Source of the DNA: Octopus vulgaris
Taxonomy: Eukaryota
Direction: 5' to 3'
NCBI GenBank assembly: GCA_951406725.2
Contig: OX597837.1
Location: 44,578,001-44,642,000 of the forward strand
Length of the DNA stretch: 64,000 nt
Under the pieces are notes generated by a model. That model had not been told where the DNA came from, made no database searches, and saw only the letters and a program-made list of their open reading frames with translations. Every line of letters starts with the position of its first letter. Position 1 is the first letter of the stretch. The position numbers were made by a program, and so were the translations under genes. Of the stretch, positions 58,037 through 64,000 are shown in pieces.

Positions 58037-58209
58037 TATGTGACAATTATTCAATAGCCAAGATAAAACTCCGAATTTCGGATGCCGAGGTGGAAATCCA
58101 CAACACCATATCATCGGGGCCAGATAACCGAAGAGATGGCGTAATGGATTTCCACCTCGGCATCCAAAACTCAGAGTTTTATCTTGGCTACCGAATAATT
58201 GTCATATAT
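58037..58209. repeat. Palindrome (~75-bp arms)
   Basis: atatgtgacaattattc...ggaaatcca / tggatttcc...gaataattgtcatatat. Confidence 0.88.
58123..58183 (+). ncRNA. Degenerate hammerhead motif inside palindrome
   Basis: gataa-CCGAAGA-gatg...catc-c-AAAAC tcagag TT-ttatc; the mirror arm retains GAAA. Confidence 0.45.
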
Positions 58210-58284
58210 TATTTTACAGATAAATTTCCTCTATTTACATAATATTGAGGTCTCTTTCCTTCTTTTGTTATCTTACCGTTTTTA

Positions 58285-58353
<69 letters not shown>

Positions 58354-58497
58354 GTATGTATATATATACACGTATCAATGTATGTATGTACATATACGTA
58401 TGTATATATGCATATATATATATATATATATATATTATTTATATTATTTATATTATATATATATATGTGTGTGTGTGTGCGTGTGCGTGTATGTATG

Positions 58498-58535
<38 letters not shown>

Positions 58536-59499
58536 AAATAACGATAAACAAAAAACATATAGTGAAATGAATAAATATAGATGTATATATATATACTTAA
58601 TTAAACACAAGTACTCATAAAAAAATTACACTCAGTTATACATAGAATAGATATATAAGCAAACATACACAGGTACCAGGTTCGAAACACCGATACACAC
58701 ATACATACAAGCACACACAAATACACACACCCCACCCGCAACACACACAGGTCTACATATAATTTGCTTACAATATAGTTATAGAAAGATCTTCGCACTC
58801 GCACACATACATATATACACACACACAAATGTATATATCTCTATTATGTGGATGTATATTTTTGTCTTAAGTGTTTAATCCAAGTCCACAGCGAGAGTTT
58901 GCATTATCTAATAGGCAAGGAGAGACCTTTGTTTGAAGTTATAATACGATACAGTGCTTTAATGGCGTGCTGTCGCTGTAATATCTGGGCTGCAAATCAA
59001 TTACTTACAATGTCGGCCATTATGTTGAGGCCGGTTGGACATCGAAACGACTCGACAATCGGTAAAATATGCCATTACGAATCTACCTGAGAGTGCAGAC
59101 AAACAGAGAGTACCTTAGCTTCCACAATCCACATCAATAGCAACAACAACAACAATAACAACAACAACAGAACATCGAAAACAACAACATTCACAATATG
59201 AACAACAGCCATATTATTGATAATTATTTCTTTATTAGTCATAGAGGCGGTGGATGATTGGGGATGTTGCAAAAACAAATTAAAAAGAAAACAACGTTAG
59301 GCAAGGTGGGGGCGGGGTATGGAGAATCGATTGCGAAGGAAAAGGAAAAGAGTGGAGAAAAGAAGAGTATGAAAGAGAAATTGGAAAGAAACGTCCCAAT
59401 AGAGATGGGGGTTAGTTACTTGGCACAAATGAAGAAACCTTATAGATCACCCTGAATGCCAAGGTCAAGTGCTCTTTTCTTAACTGTGTTCTCTGGTCT

Positions 59500-60350
59500 T
59501 CACGCACATATGAGTATAGATCCACTCATGTAGAACCAGTCTCTTCACTCTCTCATTATTTTCAATGAATTTACCGGAGAGCGGCTCCTCCCACCTCAAG
59601 CGCGATAGGAAGAAACTGATGAGCCTTTAACTGAAAAGGAATGTGTCTGTGTGTCTGTCCTCGGCATATTTCAATCGTGTTCGTTCTACAGCCTTTTGCA
59701 GCATGCCCGCTAAACAGAAGAGGAAAACTGCCTGCTTTTCCAGGCCCAGGGAGGGACAGCTGGGCGATCTTCGATATTGACTCGGCTGATAGCCAGGACT
59801 GTCTCATACACAGTAATAACTGTACGACATAATACCACATGTCAGCAATGCTCGGATGCTACATGAACATGTGGGAAATAGTCTCTTTGTTCTTTACGCA
59901 TGTCTACCATGAAGCACAACATAAAAGTCCATCTGTGCAGAAAGAGAAGTCAACAGATGGATTACCAGACTTATATAATCCAGCCTTTCCACAAAAAGCG
60001 AAAGAGCGAACATCCTAATCTTGTCCTATGAAACCAGAGACAAAGTTCCACAGTAAAACATGATAGAAGCAGCACATGATTTACCATGTCTACCCGATCC
60101 TTTAGGAAGAGCTTCGTATCAGTCCATTTCTACATGAGGAAGATGGAAAACTTAGGCATAACCTCGTATTCGTACTTCTCTGCTTGGAAGTCTGGTCCGA
60201 AGCAGACACGAACCATATTAACAGGGCCATCAGTCTAGCACCTTACAATGTTGGCCAGCGTAGTCTTACCTGTCTGCTTTCCAAATCGTCAGCTCACCTC
60301 CAGCTTTTGTTTCGATGTCTTATGGTCCAAAACCCACTGAAATGTAGCTT
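59500..60350 (-). mobile_element. L1/Tx1-like LINE ORF2 C-terminal remnant
   Basis: Decayed zinc knuckle ...KETISH....PSIADMW.YV.QLL...LSAESI.KIA. Confidence 0.6.
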
Positions 60351-62154
60351 TAATTCTGACCACAACAGATATATATATATATACGACGGGCTTCTTCCAG
60401 TTTCCGTTTCTGAAATCCACTCACAAGGCTTTGGTTGGCCTGAGGTTATAGTAGAAGACACCAGAGGTGCCACGCAGTGGGACTGAACCCTGAACCATGT
60501 GGTTGGTAAGCAAGCTTCTTACCATACAGCCACGCCTGCGCCTATTTGTTTAGCTTCGTTAATCAAATGACTAATAATAAAGGGACGGGATTGAACCAGT
60601 GCGTGTGTTATTAATATTGACATCATGACTCTACCTAGACACAATAAAATTTTCAGATATTGTTGCCAGCAGTACTTGATGAGCTCTCTCTCAACTTCCA
60701 CTTAATTCGATGTTCCGATCTTTGTAGGGCCTTCCGCCTAATCGAATTCGTCGTTCCCGACAGATTTCAGATTGCAATATAGGGGCCCATTAAGGTGTCG
60801 AGCTAGCAGAATCAGTAGCACACCGGAATCAATGCTTAGCGACATCTCGTCCGTCTTTACGTTCTGAATTCAAATTCCACCGAGGTCAATCTTAACATTC
60901 ATCCTATCTGGGTCGATAAAATAAGTACCAGTGGAGCCCTGGGGTTGATGTAATCGAAGTACCTCCTCTCGCAAACTTGCTAGCCATGTGCTAAATTTGA
61001 AACAAATATTCGGGTCCATATCTATGCTTCTCTATATTGTCAGAGAAATTTCACATTTTTGGTCTATATAGAGACGAGCACGCTATCGTTAGCTACTGAC
61101 CTGAAGACGAATGTACTTGCTATAGCAGATCTGTTGGAGAAGACATTTAACCAAGGAGCTGTGCAATGGGACTGAACCCGAAACTGTGTGGCTGCAAAGC
61201 AAGCTGCTTAACCATGCAGCCATGTCACTGAAGGACCCTTTATTTGTAAATTGTGGCTTCACCAATGACTGTGTTCTCTAAAGTAACACAAGAACGACAT
61301 TAATATATTGGATAAGGTAGTTTGAGAAAGACTGTCTAAAAATTACAGAATGGTCATGGGTGGAGCGCCATTAAACATAGTTCTGATGGATTAGGGTTGA
61401 TCTTCGATTAAACAACAATAGATCGTGGGAAGAAAAGGAACCATTTTGTGGTTGATCTACACGCTAGAAATAGCACCCAGGTTTCATTGAACTCCTAAAT
61501 GACATCCTACTCTCTTTAAAAGAAAAATGTCATATTGGAAAATATTGTTAGTTCTGAGATAATATGTTTGCAAAGAGGCGATGGTCATGGCTGGAATACC
61601 TTTGATTATAGGTATACTCGATCAAGGTTTACTTAGGCTTAATATCGATAATCCTTTCTGCTACAGGCGCAAAACTTGAAATTTGGGGACTTATTTCATC
61701 AGTCTCGAAAGGATTAAAGTCAAAGTAGACCTCGGAACGTAAAGACGGACGAAATACTGATAAGCATTTTGTCCGGTGTACTAACGATTCTGCCAGCAGG
61801 TCACCTTTTAAGCAATATCCTTAACAAGAAATAAGAGTCACCGAGAGACCCGATGACGTGGTCACGGCTGGACCTGCTAAAACAACAGCCAAGTTATTTC
61901 AAAGCCACACAAACTACAATATCAAATCAGAAGGGGTATATTGGTCTCTGTAGTCCTAGATATACTTGTATCACAAAATTACCGAGTGGTCACGGTTTTG
62001 ATATTTTGTTTTTGAATTTGCTCAAAGACAATTAACCTAGGGTTAAACAAGAACGATATCAACAACAACAACAACAACGACAACAACAAAAACAGCAACA
62101 TTATAACCATTATCATTCAAATGTTTTCATATTCCTTGGTTGTTCTAACTTTAG

Positions 62155-62250
62155 TGCGGCTGGTTCACCTGCTGAGGTCATTGGGTCTGCTGGTTTTGTC
62201 ATCTGTGCTCACCTATGGATTGCATTCACCGAAAAAGGTACATACTATAG
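62155..62250 (+). CDS. Gene B coding exon 1 (signal peptide, RLVHLLRSLGLLVLSSVLTYG...HTIG)
   Basis: ctttag|TG ... ATA G|GTGCGT; ends in I-G at phase 1, exactly like gene A exon 1. The start codon is uncertain (split ATG, or ATG at 62121). Confidence 0.78.
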
Positions 62251-62267
62251 GTGCGTATAACGTTGCT

Positions 62268-62370
<103 letters not shown>

Positions 62371-62388
62371 GTCTGTCTGTCTGTCAAA

Positions 62389-62424
<36 letters not shown>

Positions 62425-62458
62425 GTAATGTCTGTCTGTCTCTGTCTCTTGTCCGCAG

Positions 62459-62614
62459 GCATCCTTGTTGAAAAGACGCTCTCCTGGATGGTGATGTCTT
62501 CTCACAAAATTCTAAACACCAGCACATGTGATGCAGATACCTGGCAGTTGGGAGCTGTGAAAGTGGTGCATGATGTCTTTCAAAGCAACGATTTGCCAAG
62601 CATGCAGAACTGCA
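62459..62614 (+). CDS. Gene B exon 2 (ATD, GILVEKTLSW...SMQNC); iGluR-superfamily paralog of gene A
   Basis: ccgcag| ... A|GTAAGT; 156 nt, phase 1-1; aligns ungapped to gene A exon 2 (11 of 52 residues identical by hand count). Confidence 0.88.
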
Positions 62615-62648
62615 GTAAGTGTTGATATTGTTGTTATTATTATTAATA

Positions 62649-62745
<97 letters not shown>

Positions 62746-62770
62746 CATCATCATCATCATCATTATCAAA

Positions 62771-62801
<31 letters not shown>

Positions 62802-62921
62802 GTTACTATTATCTCCTTTTAATTTTGTTTCCATTCTTACTGTGTGTCTTCCCAGCACCTAGGGCAAAGGATATAAATAGGGCTTGTATATATATTTGTA
62901 TATATATATATATGTGTGTGT

Positions 62922-62954
<33 letters not shown>

Positions 62955-63031
62955 GCTACAAGAGGAATCGAAGTGAGCAGATACAGAGACATTTCAAGTT
63001 AACATATAAAGACCTTGGGTTGAAATGTGCA

Positions 63032-63083
<52 letters not shown>

Positions 63084-63232
63084 GTATACATGTAAAAAAG
63101 ATAAGAAACTTAATCAGCTGAAAATTTTAAATCTGCCTTCTCTTTTTACATGAATAAATATTTTCTACATTTAAACCCCAAAGTCTGTATCTGTCTATTT
63201 GAAATATTCACTCTCTCTCTATCCCTCTCCCT

Positions 63233-63281
<49 letters not shown>

Positions 63282-63470
63282 GACATAGATACATATATAC
63301 ATACATACATACATACATACATACATACATACATACATACATACATACATACACACACACATACATACATACATACATACATACATACATACATACATAC
63401 ATACATACATACATACATACATAGAGTGTGTGCAACACGATGCTGTTTTAAGTTTTGTTTTCTGTTTCAG

Positions 63471-63743
63471 TTGCAAAGATGCAGGCAGAGGGTGTCGCAG
63501 GAATCGTAGTATTAGCCATGTGTGACAACCAACTCTTGCTACATCAACTTCTGAGGCAGAAAAATATTCCTCACGTCCCGGTTCCTTCGACGTATTGTTA
63601 CCGCGATCATTTCGAGGAAGGTCGCTCCCCTTGGCGCTTACGTCAACGCGCCTCGACGTTGAGCCTAGTCATAAAAGACACGATCAAAGCACTTAATTTT
63701 CTTGCCATTAAAGAGATAATCATTTTCACTGACGGAACTTACA
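63471..63743 (+). CDS. Gene B exon 3 (ATD, IAKMQAEGVAGIV...IIIFTDGTY); gene continues beyond the window
   Basis: tttcag| ... A|GTAAGT; phase 1-1; shares IV....C, N..HV..P...C and G.SP..L with gene A exon 3. Confidence 0.9.
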
Positions 63744-64000
63744 GTAAGTATACATAAGCATTATTATATATTTATCATATGAAGTGTCTGTTTTCGCCAC
63801 AGTACTGCATACTTTGTATTACGTGTTTAGTAATTACAACTGCATCTTTGTAGAACCTTGGTAGCAATTGGATATGGACATACACTGCAGTATAACACTA
63901 ATTTGTATGTAACATACTGCAGCGTAAGGTGGCAAACTGGCAGAATCGCTAGCACGCTGGGCGAAATGCTTAGCGGTATTTCGTCTGTCGCTACGTTCTG

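Overview
This is AT-rich, microsatellite-saturated eukaryotic DNA. The SINE families and intron style point to an octopus (coleoid cephalopod) genome; that assignment is inferred from repeat content. Almost all listed ORFs are microsatellite artefacts. Manual splicing recovers two paralogous ionotropic glutamate receptor (iGluR)-superfamily genes arranged head-to-head. Gene A (minus strand, 24776->1826) has 13 coding exons, all GT-AG and phase-consistent, giving 2541 nt or 846 aa: signal peptide, ATD, S1, M1-M2-M3, S2 and M4. Gene B (plus strand) shows its first three coding exons at 62155-63743 and runs off the window. Gene A is divergent: Lys-Glu at the Q/R pore position, SYTAHLVAF instead of SYTANLAAF, and a non-glutamate-type S2 pocket. 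Its pore-loop exon can fold back on the adjacent intron into a ~25-bp duplex covering the Q/R-site codon, with the 5' splice site in the loop, like an ADAR editing-complementary sequence. Non-coding DNA holds about seven type-I hammerhead-ribozyme motifs in (TA)n-embedded Penelope-like remnants, several of them palindromic. It also holds several long hairpins/MITEs, a tandem SINE multimer, a 28-bp satellite with a higher-order period, Helitrons, and decayed mariner/maT, R4-Dong, RTE, Tx1, Penelope and Gypsy fragments.
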